Shown: positions 13,105 through 29,790, counted from the first letter of the stretch. The stretch is DNA of 64,000 nt from Chrysomallon squamiferum (GCA_012295275.1 CM022673.1:26660001-26724000), one strand, 5' to 3'. Numbers and translations are program-made. The notes: generated by a model not told the origin, from the sequence alone.

Positions 13105-16100
13105 AAAAAAATAATAATAAGAAAGAAAAAAACAGGAAAAAAAAAAAACCACAACATACAAAAACAATTAAAATTTCCGAGATATTGTGTTTTGGAGGAA
13201 TTCACTTACGCAGTTAAATAAATTTAATAAACTCATTTTAACCACATTAGCCTTCTCGGTTTTCACCTACTTGTCTTAGCTAACATTAATAATCAGCTTA
13301 GACAGAAAGGACAAAATACAGTCTATCTGGATGAGAGAAAGTGTCCATCAAATGATAGTGATTTGATCAGAACACATCTGCCGAGCTATCTCTCTCTCTC
13401 TCTCTGTCTGTCTCTTGCTCTCGTATCACAGGAATCTGTTGTATTGGGCTGGGAGGCTATTACTGGATCAACTGGTTCCTTCTGTTTTCTAGCAGTCATA
13501 AAATATCAACAAGGAGCCAGTCCAGTTTGAATGTCAGAGTGTGTGAGTACTGGAGGAAGAAGAGAGAAGTAATTCACCGTGTCTGCTCAAATGGCTTGAA
13601 AAAAAATATTTCTGTAAGTTTTAATAATTCTGAGTTGTTGTTGTTGTTGGTGGTTTTTTTGTTTTTTTTATGCATTTGTGTTGTTTTTTTTTTTTTTTTT
13701 TTGTCTTTGTTGCTGACTGAAAATTAGGTATAAATATTTTAAAATGTTCTAATGAAGCAGAAGAGAGGAAAAGTTATCAGAAAAGAGAGATTGCTGTAAT
13801 GTGTTTTAAAAATAGTTTTTACAGTTTTGTTTTGTGACTGGTTTTTACAGTTTTATTTTTATCGCTAAGGGGGGGAAAGAAAGAAAAAAAAAGATATAAA
13901 TTTATGTACCAGAAATTTACTGGTCATGCATAGGAGAAAAAAAGTGAGAATTTTGTTTATTCTATTTGTATTTATTAGTAGTATCTTTTATTTTTTATAA
14001 AACATTTTGTAGATGACATTACACTTTTGAATTGAAGCTTTAAGTTTAAGCTTCATATTAGTTTCTTTACTGAAATGTCAAAATCAAATAAGAAACATGT
14101 CATTTTTTAAACAAAAGTTTATTTGTTTTTATTATTGACAAGAAACATTAAAAATTTTACTTCTGCTAGTCCACAAAATGTCTTCATGTCATAAGTGTAT
14201 TATTTTGATATTTCAAAAACCAAGTAAACATCTTTTTTTTTACACTTCTGTTTGTTTCTTTAAAAAAAAACACTTTTGAAATGGTAATTAGAAATTTAAA
14301 AAATATTTTTTGTTGTTGACACTGAAATGGGTGTGGCTTTTTCAATTTAAAATATTTTTAAAAAAAATCAACAAATCTGCAAGGGCAGAGATTAAAATAA
14401 TAACTTAGAAGAAAAAAAAAAATTTAAATGAATTCTTAAATGCTTTTCTTTTGTTTTGTGAATTATAATGACTGAAAAACAAGCGAGCCTTTGAGTTCCT
14501 TATTTAGTCTCTGCTAGATGTAATTATCACTAAATACTTTAAAAAGTACTTTTCCAGTTCTCGAACAGGGACTGTCGTAACTCGATATTTTTTTGCAAGC
14601 TGCGACGACGTTCAGAAACAACTTAGGCACTCGTTTCGTACAGAGAAGGTCAAAAACAGTAGCTCAATAATTTCAGAATGAAGTCTGCAAAACTGCTTCC
14701 TATTTGGATTTTACAAAATGAGTTTGTTTTTCATCTTTCTTAATGCGAACTGTGTTGATTTAAAAATCCCTACTGGTGTCAATGAATACCGAATTCCCCC
14801 TCCCCAGGGGGTTTGCTTCTTATTAAACCTCTCCTTAACAACACAACTGGGAAATTTACTTCTTTAAAATGTATTTTTAATAACATCCTAAGGCAATTGC
14901 TTCGGAGGAAATATTTAAAACTTATAAGTGAAATTTTAAAACTGATTGGGTTTTGCTGGTAAAGCATTTTTTTGTTTTTGTGATGTGAAGGTGATGGTAT
15001 TATTACTTTCTCGTATAATGGCAGTATTAGTAATTATATATGACAGTTAGAAAACCACTTCTAAGTATTTTTCAAATTTCTGAATATATATGTTGAATAT
15101 ATTGTTTTGTTTTTTTATTCTTCATTTTATTGTTCAGGTTATTTTTTAAATTTATTTTTATTTTTTTCTTATTATTTATTTTTTTTTAAAGTTTTTATTA
15201 TTATGAACTTGAAATTGCTAAATGTTTAGTGGTTTAATTAGACATCTTTTATTCTTTTTCATCTTTTTTATAAAAAAATAAAAATAAAAATAATAAATAA
15301 ATAAATGATATAACAACAATTTAGACTGTTGCTGTTTTCTGAAAGCAATATTAAACAAGTTACTTGTGGTTCAAAGAAACATGATCAGGAAATTATAAAG
15401 TGTAAAGTAAATGTTCTTGTTTTTATTTTCAATTATAATTTTTTATAAATTTTACTTTAATGATTCTTGTCTATTTATTTGGGTGTTTTTCTAGTTTTCT
15501 GTTGTCAGTTTTTTTCACTGAATACAGAAAAGCCTGTTTGATGAGTTTTAAAATATTATTACTGTTCCTTTCCATTAGTTTCTTCTTAATATATGGTTTT
15601 TGTGTAGTGCATAGTGTTAATTAGGACGTCATAGTTTGTTTTCTCTGATACGTTATTTGTGCTTCTGGTATTTTGTAATTCAATAAGAGGAAAACAAATG
15701 AGATCATAGGAATTCCATGTTAATTATTTCTTACAAATTCAGATAAAGGTGATTTTTTAAAATTTTTATTTTCATTATTATTTATTTTCTTTTACATTTC
15801 TATATTTTCCCTATTTTTGAGAATATTTTTGTCAGTTTTCCCAATATTTGCAGTGTTTTCCAAATATTATCTACATCTGTCACAATATTTTTACTGATTT
15901 TCACAATATTTTAAAAAGTTTTTTAATATTTTCACTGGTTTTCAGCCATTAACAGAAAGAAAAGAACAAGCTGTACCTTTCTGATAAGAATGTTTAAGAG
16001 TCAATGTTTCTAAGGCTCCCATTTACCTATATCCCATTCCAACCAGTTCCAAATAACTTACTTATCTTCTGTGGGAAAGAGCTATTAAAAATAAAAAATA

Positions 16101-16933
16101 ATAAAAATTCTTGTTGATTAGTGACTAGTTCACAGTTCTGTGGTTGTTTTGGGTATTTTTTTGCTCTTGTATCATTCATAAGTAAAAAACTGACTTACAT
16201 CAATAATGTCTGATATCAAAGTGATTTTTAAGCGTTACTAAACACCCATTTTTTTTTTTCCACACACACACATGAAAGAAAAAATATAAAATAAAACTAA
16301 AAATTCGTGTAAATCTGTTTTCTAATTATCCTCTTCTTCTTACTTACTTTTGTTTAAAGTGCATGTATGTCATTTTATTCATATTCTCTGCCAGAAAGGT
16401 TACCCAGTTAAAGGTTCAGGTTTATTTGCACTCTTGTTACAAAGAGCTGTTAATACTTCCAGTAATTTTAAATTTTTTTTTTTATTTAACATTGTTTTAG
16501 ATTTTAGCATCAGTCGCTAGGTGGTACAAGAATGACAGGTGTTTTTTATGGGGAGTTCGAACAGAAAATTGTATCATGAGATCTGTGAATAGATAAAAAA
16601 ACAAAAAAATCATTGGCTAAAGAAAAACTAACACGTTTCAGTTCATGCTGTTTCACTTCTGATTAGTTTTGGGTTTTTTTAAAATGCTGTTTAAAAAATG
16701 TTTTCAGCAGAAAATTGCATTGAAAATGTTTGAAAGCTGATTTCATTGTTGTTCTTTGGTATGTGTGTGATTGTGTGTGTGTGCATGCATGCATATATGT
16801 GCATATCTGCATATGTGGGTGGACAAAGATGTGTATGTGTTTTTTTTTCTATGGGAATGGTTTTTAAGAAAACCAAATGTCAACTCTTGTATAACAGATA
16901 CTACCGAAATACAAATCTCTAAACACTAAAAAA

Positions 16934-16973
<40 letters not shown>

Positions 16974-17381
16974 GTAAATTTAAAAAGCACTACATTTCAA
17001 AAATGATTTCATTTTCAGAAGATTAATTTCATTTCATAAAATAACTTTTTTTTGTTTTTAATGATTATAAAAGTGCAAACAGTGTTTAACAGAACTTTTC
17101 TTTTAATGTTGTGATGTGGAAATGTCACTTGGAAAGTTAATATGAGTTACATCACTGCCAGTAGAAAAACACTGAAATAAAAACAACCACATCATTTTCC
17201 ATATTCATGTGGAAGAACTGACTTGTTTACAAGTATAAAATAATAATAATAATAATAATTAAAAATAATTAAATATATAAATAAATGATGATGATGATGA
17301 AAAATGAATTTAAAAAATCCTAACTTGTTTTCATCAAAGATAGTATATAAAAGAAAAAATTATAACCTGCTTGGTATATTT

Positions 17382-17429
<48 letters not shown>

Positions 17430-18256
17430 TGAATACTTGAATCCATTTATCATGTTGATTTTCTGTGTAAGGGTATGTGTGTGCATATAATTTTATGAGT
17501 GAATGTGTGTGTGAATGAGAATGTGTATAAACTAAAATGTACTTGTAGAATTCCAAAAGAGGCTTCAATTTTTTTTTATCTCAGGTTTAACCTTTGTTAA
17601 TGATATTAATCTAAAAAAGCATGGAGTATTCAATTTTCCTTTTTCTTGTGTTATCAAGAAATGTTCTTAAAAAACACCCCATTCTCTTTCCGATATGTCA
17701 GTTTAGATTTATCATTTTCGTTCTTTTGCTTGGCTACCTTTATCATCAGGAAATCTTCAAAAATGTTTGTGCATCTTTTGGGTTCATTGTTTCTTTTTTT
17801 TCTTATATATATATATTTTTAATTTTTTTTCAATTTTTCTTATTCATATTATTTTTTTAAATTTTATTATTATTATAATTTTATTAATATTTCAGTACAA
17901 GACAAAGCAGTCACTTGGAATTATGGAAATACTTTAAAAAATAATAATAATAAACATACATAGCTTATATTTTGATTTTTAACCATTAATTTTAACAAAA
18001 ATAGTATTAAATTGTTACAGTTATTGCACTCTATAAATTGAAAAACCTGAGTGCATAATACTGTGATTTAAAGAAGACATTTGCCTCTCAGCTACTTCTT
18101 CAATCTCATTTATTTATAGATTTATAGCACTTGAAATGTCTTGTTGTGGGCAGAACTCTAAGCCCCCCACCCAGAAAAAATAAATATCAAAAAAAAAATT
18201 AATAAAAAGGTTGATCTCTTCCCAGGCAATCTTGAACACTGTTTTAATAGAAACAT

Positions 18257-18294
<38 letters not shown>

Positions 18295-18947
18295 CTCTCA
18301 CCCTCTTCAGCTATTTCAACAACTACAAGAATGTTTTTTATTTTTCTTGAAATTTTTTTTTTTCTTCTTCTTCTTCTTCATCTTCTTCATATTTTTCGAA
18401 TCTGGATGTCTTGGAATATGTCCTTGCTAAGTCGTTGCAGTAATAACAAGATACACTTCGTGCCTCGGAATATTTGCTGCGGTATAATTCAATAATAAAA
18501 ACTGGAACCAAATGAGCTTCTGCTGATTGAACGAGTGCAGTGGAAGCTTTGAACTCTGCACTTCAGCCAACCTGAGGCTTTGTCCCAGCCACTGGGTTCC
18601 ATTCTCTTTACACGTGCTTCATCTCTCCACTAGCAGATAAAGTCGTTAGCATCGGCGAACAGAAGCCCACAACTGCAGCAGTGGTGTAATTTCAGAAAAA
18701 TGTGCGTTTATCTGAAGAACTGAAAGTACGCGACTGCCAGCCTCTTCTCTCACAACTTAGTGGAGTTTTTAAACTCAACCTTTTTTTCTCTGTGCCTGTT
18801 TTTGAATAATTACTCACAGAAATACTTAAATTTTTTTTTTTTTTTTTTAATAATTTTTTTTGGTTGTTTGTTTGTTTGTTATATTTTATTTATTATTTAT
18901 TTATTTGTTTATTTATTTTTTTTTTTTTTTTTTTTTTTTTTGTTTGT

Positions 18948-19002
<55 letters not shown>

Positions 19003-19888
19003 TTTTATTAATATTATTTATTTAATTTTATTATTATTATTTTTTTTATTTATTTAATTTTTTTTTATATTATTTTTATTATTAATATTATTATGTTGCT
19101 GTTGTTGTTGTTGTTGTTGTTTTATTTGTACATCTTTTTTGTTGTTTTTTTTGTCATATGGGTTTTTCAGGGTGTTTTAAATTTTTTTTATGAAAAAGTC
19201 TGCAGTTAGACTGATGTAATCTCAAGAATGATAGCTCCCCCCCAACCCTGTAGTTATCTATCTACAGCACTTTCAGAAGCCATATTTAAAACATTTTTGA
19301 AACGTTAGTCATCATGATAACCCAGAAGGAACAGACATTTTCTCCTTTTTTTTTTTTTTTTTTTCTTCTTTTTTTCTTTTTAATTTTCAAACATCGGTTC
19401 ACATATGTTTTATGAAAAAAATACACCACAAAAATTATAAATATACTGCTCAGAAACGTCCTGAACGTGATTTTACCTGTTAACTGAATTCTGATTTAGC
19501 TGTGAAAATTACCCTTGTTCACACCCACTGTTTTATGTAGACGATGTTGTGATTACAAATGGTGTGTGCGTGTTCACACATTCTGTGGTTATAGATAGGC
19601 CACCAGGTGCATGGAGATGGTGTTGGTACACACACACATACACACACATAACCAGGGAGATGATAACAAATGTAGGCTGTGGATTTGATAGTTAATAAAT
19701 GTATTGTCACTGTCAGGTGCATAAAACGATGATAATGAAACAGGCATCAGATTGCTTTGAACAAATTAAACTTTTCAGAATGGAGTTAATTTTATTTATA
19801 TTTTTTAACGTTTATTATGGGAAAAACTAAAAGTCATGAAAATGTAAATGAAACTGAAAGCTAGATCATGAATTATTAGTTCAGAATA

Positions 19889-19922
<34 letters not shown>

Positions 19923-20399
19923 CATTTATCAGATGAACCCAATACTGCTGTTATTTACTGCAATAGAAAATATATTCATTTTAACATCTGTTCAGTTTCA
20001 GAGAGACAGTCAACTTTTCTGTTTTCACTAAATCACCCATCTGCTGTATATTGTTTTCACTTGTGAGACTGTGATGAGGTTTCTTTTTAAATACCAATAC
20101 AAATGCAGGTGAATACGAAATGAGTCAAACGATTCCTTCTGCCATGTTGACCATTGAAATATTTCTCAATCATAAAAATCAAGTTAATTGAAAACTTTTT
20201 TTTTTTTTTTTATTATTATTTTTTTATTTATTGTTGTAATGTTAATTTAATGCTTTCAAAGAGTTTTTAAAGTTAACTGATACGAAGTTCAAACTTCCAA
20301 GGATATAAAACTGAGATCTCACTGATACTGTAAGTATATTTATCATAGAAAACAATCATGTGGTTTATTTCAGTGTCATTTGTTTTTTATACTTTTTAA

Positions 20400-20462
<63 letters not shown>

Positions 20463-21088
20463 TCTGCTCTTCTATATTTTATTTTTGTTTCAGTTTTGTT
20501 ATCTTTTGTTTTTCTCAGTTTTTTTTTTTTTTTTATTGTTGTTTTTTTTTACCTTATCTTTCCATTTTATTTCATAGCTTATGTTTTTTTACTGTGTCCT
20601 TTTGCAAAAGATGTAAATTAAAATCAATATCAGGTAATAAACAGGATATTGAGCTCACTTCTATTTCATATCAAATTTACGTCCCTTGTGAATCATATTT
20701 CATTTGCCGAAGCTCACAACAATTGAAATTTATTTCGTTCAGGATATAAACATGATATGAAATTGGAAGTGCATTTAATGCCCCATAATGCAGCTTAGCC
20801 GAGCCTGGATATGAAAGGTTTCCAGGACTCGGTGGCAGTGCCAAACAGCCAGGATTTGGCATGTCCATCTCGTAGAGCTGAAGAGTCTGGAACTGGCATG
20901 TTCATCTCTGCTGTTCTGGTGAATAACACTTACTGTCACACGGTAATGCCATCACTGGCTTCACTGTGGACCTGGAATCGAAATATGAAAATCAGTTTTG
21001 GTTAATGTTCTGTGACTTTGATTTTCTTGTGGATTTGTGCAAGAGGTTTTTTCTGTCCGTAGTTGTTTTGTGCATGATTTGGTTCAGT

Positions 21089-21123
<35 letters not shown>

Positions 21124-21124
21124 T

Positions 21125-22412
<1,288 letters not shown>

Positions 22413-23089
22413 ACAATAAAGGAAAAAGAAAAGAATAACTAACTTTCTTGGGATATTTAAAACTTTTCTTAAGCCTTATTTTTCAGAATTTCTTTAGCAG
22501 AAAATCTTTCTTTTTTTTGAAGATCATGCTAAAGTTTTGTGTATCTGACTGAAGATTTTCTTGTGGTAATTGATTATGTGAATGTAAGATGCCAGGGAAT
22601 GTAAAATGTGAATGCTAAATGAACGTTAAATATAAAACAGAATTTAAAAAAAAAAAAAAAAAAAAAAAAACCCTACTAGACCTGTTCTTCTACAAATGGA
22701 AGAGTGAAGTTATAAAGGCCAGGCTTATTTTCATCAAACACGCTTAATGCTGGAAATGAAAAGAATGTTTTTTATATTTTTATTTTTTTTTTAAAAAGAA
22801 TCAGCTTAATATTATTTCTGAATATATTGTACTGACGTCTTTCTTTGTTAAGAATGTGTTAATGTTTCATGTACTTGTTTTGTGCTAACTAGTTGATGTT
22901 GATGTGGATGTTGATGTTGATGTTTGACGCTGATGAAGTGAAGGTTTAGTATAAAATGTAATTTAAATAAATAGATAAATAAATAAATAAATAAAGTATT
23001 ATAGAGAATGAAAAATAATTTTTAAAAATCCAAATCTGTTTTTATCAAAAATAAAAGAATAAATTATAGCCAGCTGGGGATATTTAATA

Positions 23090-23293
<204 letters not shown>

Positions 23294-23759
23294 AAAATTA
23301 ACTTTATTTTATCTGTTTTATCTGATTTTATTTAAGTAAAGTCTTTCGTTCAATATCATGTTTTGTACATTTAGTTTGAAGATTGTCAGTGATAACTGAT
23401 TCACTTGGATTCCAGATCTAAATGTTTCACATAAAACAGAACTTAACACCAAAAGAATTAACTTGGAGAATGAAAAATAAATGTTGTAAAAAAAGCCAGA
23501 TATGTTTCTAAGTGAAGTTAAAATAAAATACTGAACTTGCAAACTGTTGGTGGCATACAGAGAAAAAACCATGCTTATAATTCATTTCCCTGACATAAAC
23601 ACTTTTAAAAAAACAAAAAATTAACTTGTGTGATTTATATCATCTGTTTTAGGCCTCAGGATTTTTCTCCTATCTACAAACCCATGTTTTTGTATTTAAT
23701 CTTATTGCACTGACTGTATTGGTTAATTAAAGAGAACAGATCCTATGAAGAGTTTAACA

Positions 23760-24100
23760 TTTAATTTTGTATAGCACTGAAAACAGTTATAAATATTATA
23801 GTGCAGTAGTTTGTATAATACTGAAAAAAAATAATAGAATTTTGTATAGTATTGAAAATATTAAATATTATAGCAGTATTTTGTATAATAATGAAAATAA
23901 TAAATATTATATAATACTGAAAATAATACTGAATAGTATATACAGTATTTTGTATCATATTGAAAATAATAATTAATATTGTTGAAAGTATTTTCTATGG
24001 TATTGAAAATATTAAATACTATAGACAGCATTTTATATAGTACTGAAAACAATAAATATTATCGACATTATTTTCTTTAGTATTGAAAATATTAATAAAT
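23760..24100. repeat. Degenerate AT-rich minisatellite
   Basis: Recurrent ATTTTGTATAGTATTGAAAATATTAAATATTATAG-like units. Confidence 0.75.
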
Positions 24101-24546
24101 ATGAAAAAAATAATAATAATTTCAGTGTGCAGGTAATCTCTAAAAGAAAGAAATACCTGTACTTCATTGTTTCTGATATAAAATGTCATTCACCTGTCCA
24201 GTCCTATGATTCTGTTGACATTCCTCCACTGTGTGCCAAGTGGGCAAGCAAATAAATGCAAGAATTTTAGTGGTAATGTACGAATATTTGGATAACAGTT
24301 TTAAATAAATCAGTAACTAAAATGAGTCATTGTTCAAATTTTTTTTTTTTTTTTGCTACCTAATTCATTCCAAAGATTCATTTGCTATTTGCTGTGAAAT
24401 GATTGTTATGTGTAATAAACTGAGGTGGAACTGGCTAAATCATTTTAATATCATTAGCAGTTCTGTCAGTCAGTATCCAAATTTGAGTGATGATGAAAGT
24501 GTCATTTATATTTAATTCTGTCCAGGGTTGTTTGTTTTTATATTTT

Positions 24547-24590
<44 letters not shown>

Positions 24591-25032
24591 ATAATTTGTT
24601 TTTCCTTTTACTCATTTCAAAACAATGTAAATATCTTCCACCCAGTGTGTTTCTCTCACTCTCTCTGTCTCTCTCTATCTCTGTCTCTGTCTCTCTCTGT
24701 GTGTGTCTCTCATTTTTTTCTTTCCTGTCTTTTACTCCCTTTCTCTCTCTGTCTTTATCTCTTTTAATAAATATCACCAGCCATTTTGGATGGATTTATA
24801 AACTGCAAAGACAGATCTTGATATAGCTTTACACATTTTGATTGATTGCCAAAACACATGACAGTAAGTAAATAGCCTACTGTTTAAACAACACAATGAC
24901 AATTTTTGTTTTAAAAGTTCATAAAAAAATAATGATAATAATAATAAAAAAAAAAAATTCCAGTTTTGGGGTCTTTTGTCATTATATAATCCTGTTTTCA
25001 TTAAAAGTTTATGAATGGAGTATTTTGTGTCT

Positions 25033-25075
<43 letters not shown>

Positions 25076-25638
25076 TTATACACATATACATACATATGTG
25101 TGTGTTATTACACATATACTTTTAAAAACGTCTTGATGCATTAACGTCTTATTTCCTCATCGAATTATCTTTAAACAGAAATGAATGAGATTAAACTTTG
25201 TTTCTTGCTGTCACTGCTGTTTGAGAAGCAATCAATCTCGTTTCCAATATGAAAACTTTGTCACCAGACTCTCAGAGTTTTTGACGTGTAATTGGCGAGA
25301 GGTTCTCGCTCTGGTGCCAAAACGCAAACTTCTGTCGTTCCTCGCGGGACCTGCTTGTTGCGTTGTGCGAGATCAAGGCTCAGAAATTTATCACTTATTG
25401 ATTGCTGTGTCTTATTAGAATTATACTGCTTCCCCTTTGTCTCAAGTGGTTTGGAAAGGTACCAAGCCATTCACAAGAGTGGCAGTTATGTTATTGTTTA
25501 CTATCATTTTATTTATTTAGTATTTTAATTCAAGGTGTTTATTTTTTTCAAAAGACACGTTTTGGCTTGAGATAAAAATGTTGTGTAGTGGTTGTTGCAG
25601 TTTGTAAATGAAATGCTGTCATTTTTTAATTTATTTGT

Positions 25639-25669
<31 letters not shown>

Positions 25670-26439
25670 GTTATTTAGTTATTTGTTTATTTTCAGTTTT
25701 GTGTGTTTTTACAATTAACTAAGTGCAGATTTTGACATCTATATTTGTGAGAAAGCAATAACATTATGGGTCAAGAATTTTCTTCTTCTTCTTTTCTTCT
25801 TCTTCTTCTTCTTCTTTAATGGCCTGAAAGAATAAAACAACCACAATAGTCATTTGATGAAAACTGAAAAAAAACAAAAAATATAACAAATAAACATTAA
25901 CATGTAATATATTTTCAAATCAGAAGAAACTTTTGTGAAACATGTTTTTTTTATTTTTTTTTTTTTTTTTTATTAATCCATCATGACTGTCTCAGTCTAT
26001 CTGTCTCTCTGTCTCTGTCTCTTTTTTTCTTACTGTCTCTGTGTGAGTTTGCAATACAAGTGTCTGTGTGTTACAGCCACGTTTATCATTGATTCAGCTG
26101 AAAAAACATTCAGTTAAATGACAGCAAAACTCTTCTCTTACAACATTCCAAACACAGACATCCCTTATGTCAAACAAAATTTCTATTCTTTTTGGGGGGC
26201 TTTCAAGTAAATGTGTTAGTGGTGAAATAACTTTTGTAAAAAAAAAAAAAAAAACTTTTATTATTTATTTGTGAAATGTTTAGTTTTTCTTGCTCAGACT
26301 GCATGGGAAACATGACATGATCGCTTCGTCATTAAGATGAATAGCTCTGAACTAAACTCTGTTTCTCTTCTGACACCTGGTTATACAGGTCTGCATGCGT
26401 TTTACAGTTATGTCTGACAACTGTGTCTATAGCGCCGTA

Positions 26440-27825
26440 AACGTACTTTACAGTTACACGTGATTGCTGTCTTTCTAAAATGTACTTTACAGTTACTATG
26501 TCTGTAACACAGTATACACGTATTTTACAGTTACATCTGACTGCTGTCAGTAACACAGTATACATGTATTTTACAGTTACATCTGACTGCTGTGTCAGTA
26601 ACACAGTATAAATGTATTTTACAGTTACATATGACTGCTGTCAGTAACACAGTATACATGTATTTTACAGTTACATGTGACAGATGTGTCTGTAACAGTA
26701 TACATGTATTTTACAATTACATGTGACAGATGTGTCTGTATCACTATACATGTATTTTACAGTTATATATGACTGCTGTGTCTGTAACACAGTATACATG
26801 TATTTTACAGTTACATATGACTGCTGTGTCTGTAACACAGTATACATGTATTTTACAGTTACATGTGACAGCTGAGTCTAACACGGTATACATGTATTTT
26901 ACTGTTACATGTGACTGCTGTCTGTAACACAGTATACATGTATTTTACAGTTACATGTGACTGCTGTGTCTATAACACAGTATACATGTATTTTACAGTT
27001 ACATGTGACAGCTGAGTCTGTAACACAGTATACATGTATTTTACTGTTACATGTGACTGCTGTCTGTAACACAATATACATGTATTTTACAGTTTCATAT
27101 GACTGCTGTCTGTAACACAGTATACATGTATTTTACAGTTACATCTGACTGCTGTGTCAGTAACACAGTATACATGTATTTTACAGTTACATGTGACAGC
27201 TGAGTCTGTAACACAGTATACATGTATTTTACAGTTACATGTGACAGCTGAGTCTGTAACACAGTATACATGTATTTTACAGTTACATGTGACAGATGTG
27301 TCTGTAACACAGTATACATGTATTTTACAGTTACATGTGACAGCTGAGTCATGTATTTTAGTTACATCTGACTACTGTGTCTGTAACACAGTATACATGT
27401 ATTTTACAGTTACATGTGACAGATGTGTCTGTAACACAGTATACATATATTTTACAGTTACATGTGACTGCTGTGTCTGTAACACAGTATACATGTATTT
27501 TACAGTTACATGTGACAGATGTACCTGTAATACAGTATACATGTATTTTACAGTTACATATGACTGCTGTGTCTGTAATACAGTATACATGTATTTTACA
27601 GTTACATGTGACAGATGTACCTGTAATACAGTATACATGTATTTTACAGTTACATATGACTGCTGTGTCTATAACACAGTATACATGTATTTTACAGTTA
27701 CATATGACTGCTGTGTCTCTAACACAGTATACATGTATTTTACAGTTACATGTAACTACTGTGTCTGTATCACAGTATACATGTATTTTACAGTTACATA
27801 TGACTGCTGTGTCTGTAACACTGTA
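26440..27825. repeat. 48-bp minisatellite, ~28 copies, internally palindromic
   Basis: Unit GTCTGTAACACAGTATACATGTATTTTACAGTTACATGTGACTGCTGT. Period is 48 (e.g. TTACAG at 27181 and 27229), with some 46-bp variants. Confidence 0.95.
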
Positions 27826-28269
27826 AATATATTTCAAGGATACATATACTCTGTGTAACTTTACGTCATATTCAAATGTTTTTGGCATGTGGGTGTATTG
27901 AATATTATAATCTTGACATTTAAAAATAATCAGAATGTAGAGTTCAGTGTGAAAATTGATTTTAATTTGTGTAGCATTTAATACACTTCCCTTTAATCTT
28001 TCTTTAAGACTGGGAAAAGAACATATGATATTTAAAAATTGATCACTTTTCAACAGATGACAGTTACCGAACTAATTAGCACAATTCCTTCCTGATTGTT
28101 AGAAAAATATTCTCCGTTTACTCAAGCAATACAAAAAAAGAAGAAAGAAAAGAAAAGAAAAGAAGAAATATCTTCAGTGTATCTCGAGTCCTATATAATA
28201 TTCCAGGCAAATTCAGCCACAGAACCCAACTTATGTACATTGTAAATTTACCTTCGTTTTACCCCTGAA

Positions 28270-28553
28270 ATTCATGTTTGTTCGCCGTGCACAAAGTTTG
28301 CAGTGTAGCAGGCTTCAACGATTTATTCTCCACTACTTAATCACTCAATGGCTCTCGTAGCAGTCGACTTCGCTGGCTCTGCCATTTGTCGAACTTCTGT
28401 TTGTCGTGCGAGTCGCAGCCAGTGGAATTAGTGTCCTGAGACGAATTCACTTGTCATATAAATCGAGGATCTGCGTACACCCCAGTGTTGAGCAAACGTC
28501 GTAATGAGTCGGGTAATTAAAACATTCCTGAGAAACAGATTGAGTTAGTAAGT
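28270..28553 (+). promoter_or_regulatory. CpG-enriched island ending in a GTAAGT donor; candidate promoter or non-coding first exon of the GALNT gene
   Basis: High local CpG density against the AT-rich background. GTAAGT at 28548-28553, 2.3 kb upstream of the ATG exon, which is preceded by acceptor-like AGs (30713, 30876). No transcript evidence. Confidence 0.3.
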
Positions 28554-28600
28554 ATCAGATTTGATTTATTCTTAATGTCTGCTGGTTTATGTATTAGGTG

Positions 28601-28637
<37 letters not shown>

Positions 28638-29055
28638 CCTGTAATAAAATGATAATAAAAATATCTAAAAAAAAAAAAAAAAAATGAATAACTGATATTT
28701 AATTAACTGTTTTGCTGCTTTATTATTTTCTTGTTACACAGATTGATGATTCAAACATCTGTTGTACGTAATATGAAAGTAATATCTGCTCGTGCTGTTG
28801 AATCAAAATTGTAAAAGATTTATTAATTTTTTTTCCCTAATTTATATAGATTTATTTATTTATTTATTTTTTTTAATATTATTGCTGTTTGTTTTCTGCT
28901 GAATAATTGTTGAATTTGTGAATTTTATTTATTTATTTATTTAATAATAAATTGTAAAAATATTCTTCAGATGAACACAGAAACATTACTGTTGTTATTG
29001 ACATTTTATTAATATCATTATACTTACCATCATTGTCTTTGTTATGATGATAAAT

Positions 29056-29160
<105 letters not shown>

Positions 29161-29559
29161 TCATCTTCTTTTTTTTTTTTTTTTTAAGACTTAAGTTCAA
29201 AACTAAAAATACTTGTTACCTTTGTTGGCTCTTGCACAATGCTTTAACTGTTCGGTGCATGATGGCATTTCTCTCACATCGGACCTAATTTGATAGGGAG
29301 TTATCTGTGTGCTGTCAAATCTCCTGTGAACTGCCTCACGTTACACTGGGGAGGTTTTGCTTTAACACTTGGGTCATCCAGCAGACATGGTCAGGTGTAT
29401 ACAGGAATCTCGCTGGCTCTGCAATGTCTTTACCGCCAGGTCTCACATCATAGGCCTCCCTGTGTTTAAAACATGTCTCGTATGCTTTTGATGAACAACC
29501 GTTAGCTTCTTCGCATTTTGTCGTTGTTCGGTAATCCTGTCATTGCCATAATGGTGCTT

Positions 29560-29606
<47 letters not shown>

Positions 29607-29610
<4 letters not shown>

Positions 29611-29790
29611 TGAATGGGGAGCAGAAGGGAACAAAGTATGTATGTGTGTGGTGTCTTTGTGTATGTTAGTCATTCTGAGTGTGTGTGTGTGTGTGTGTGT
29701 GTGTCCGAATGGTGCAGAAGGGAACAAAGTATGTATGTGTGTGGTGTCTTTGTGTATGTTAGTCATTCTGAGTGTGTGTGTGTGTGTTTG
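29607..29790. repeat. Direct duplication (~97 bp) embedded in (GT)n
   Basis: GAATGG..GCAGAAGGGAACAAAGTATGTATGTGTGTGGTGTCTTTGTGTATGTTAGTCATTCTGAG occurs twice. Confidence 0.9.

Noticed and set aside
26440-27825. CRISPR-like appearance (palindromic repeat with variable slot)
   Set aside because: The variable part is only ~8 nt and reuses a few variants; there are no unique spacers, no cas genes, and the context is eukaryotic.
26332-28053. Long Cys/Thr/Val-rich ORFs (up to 234 aa) on both strands
   Set aside because: They are translations of the 48-bp minisatellite (16-aa period); no splice or domain support.
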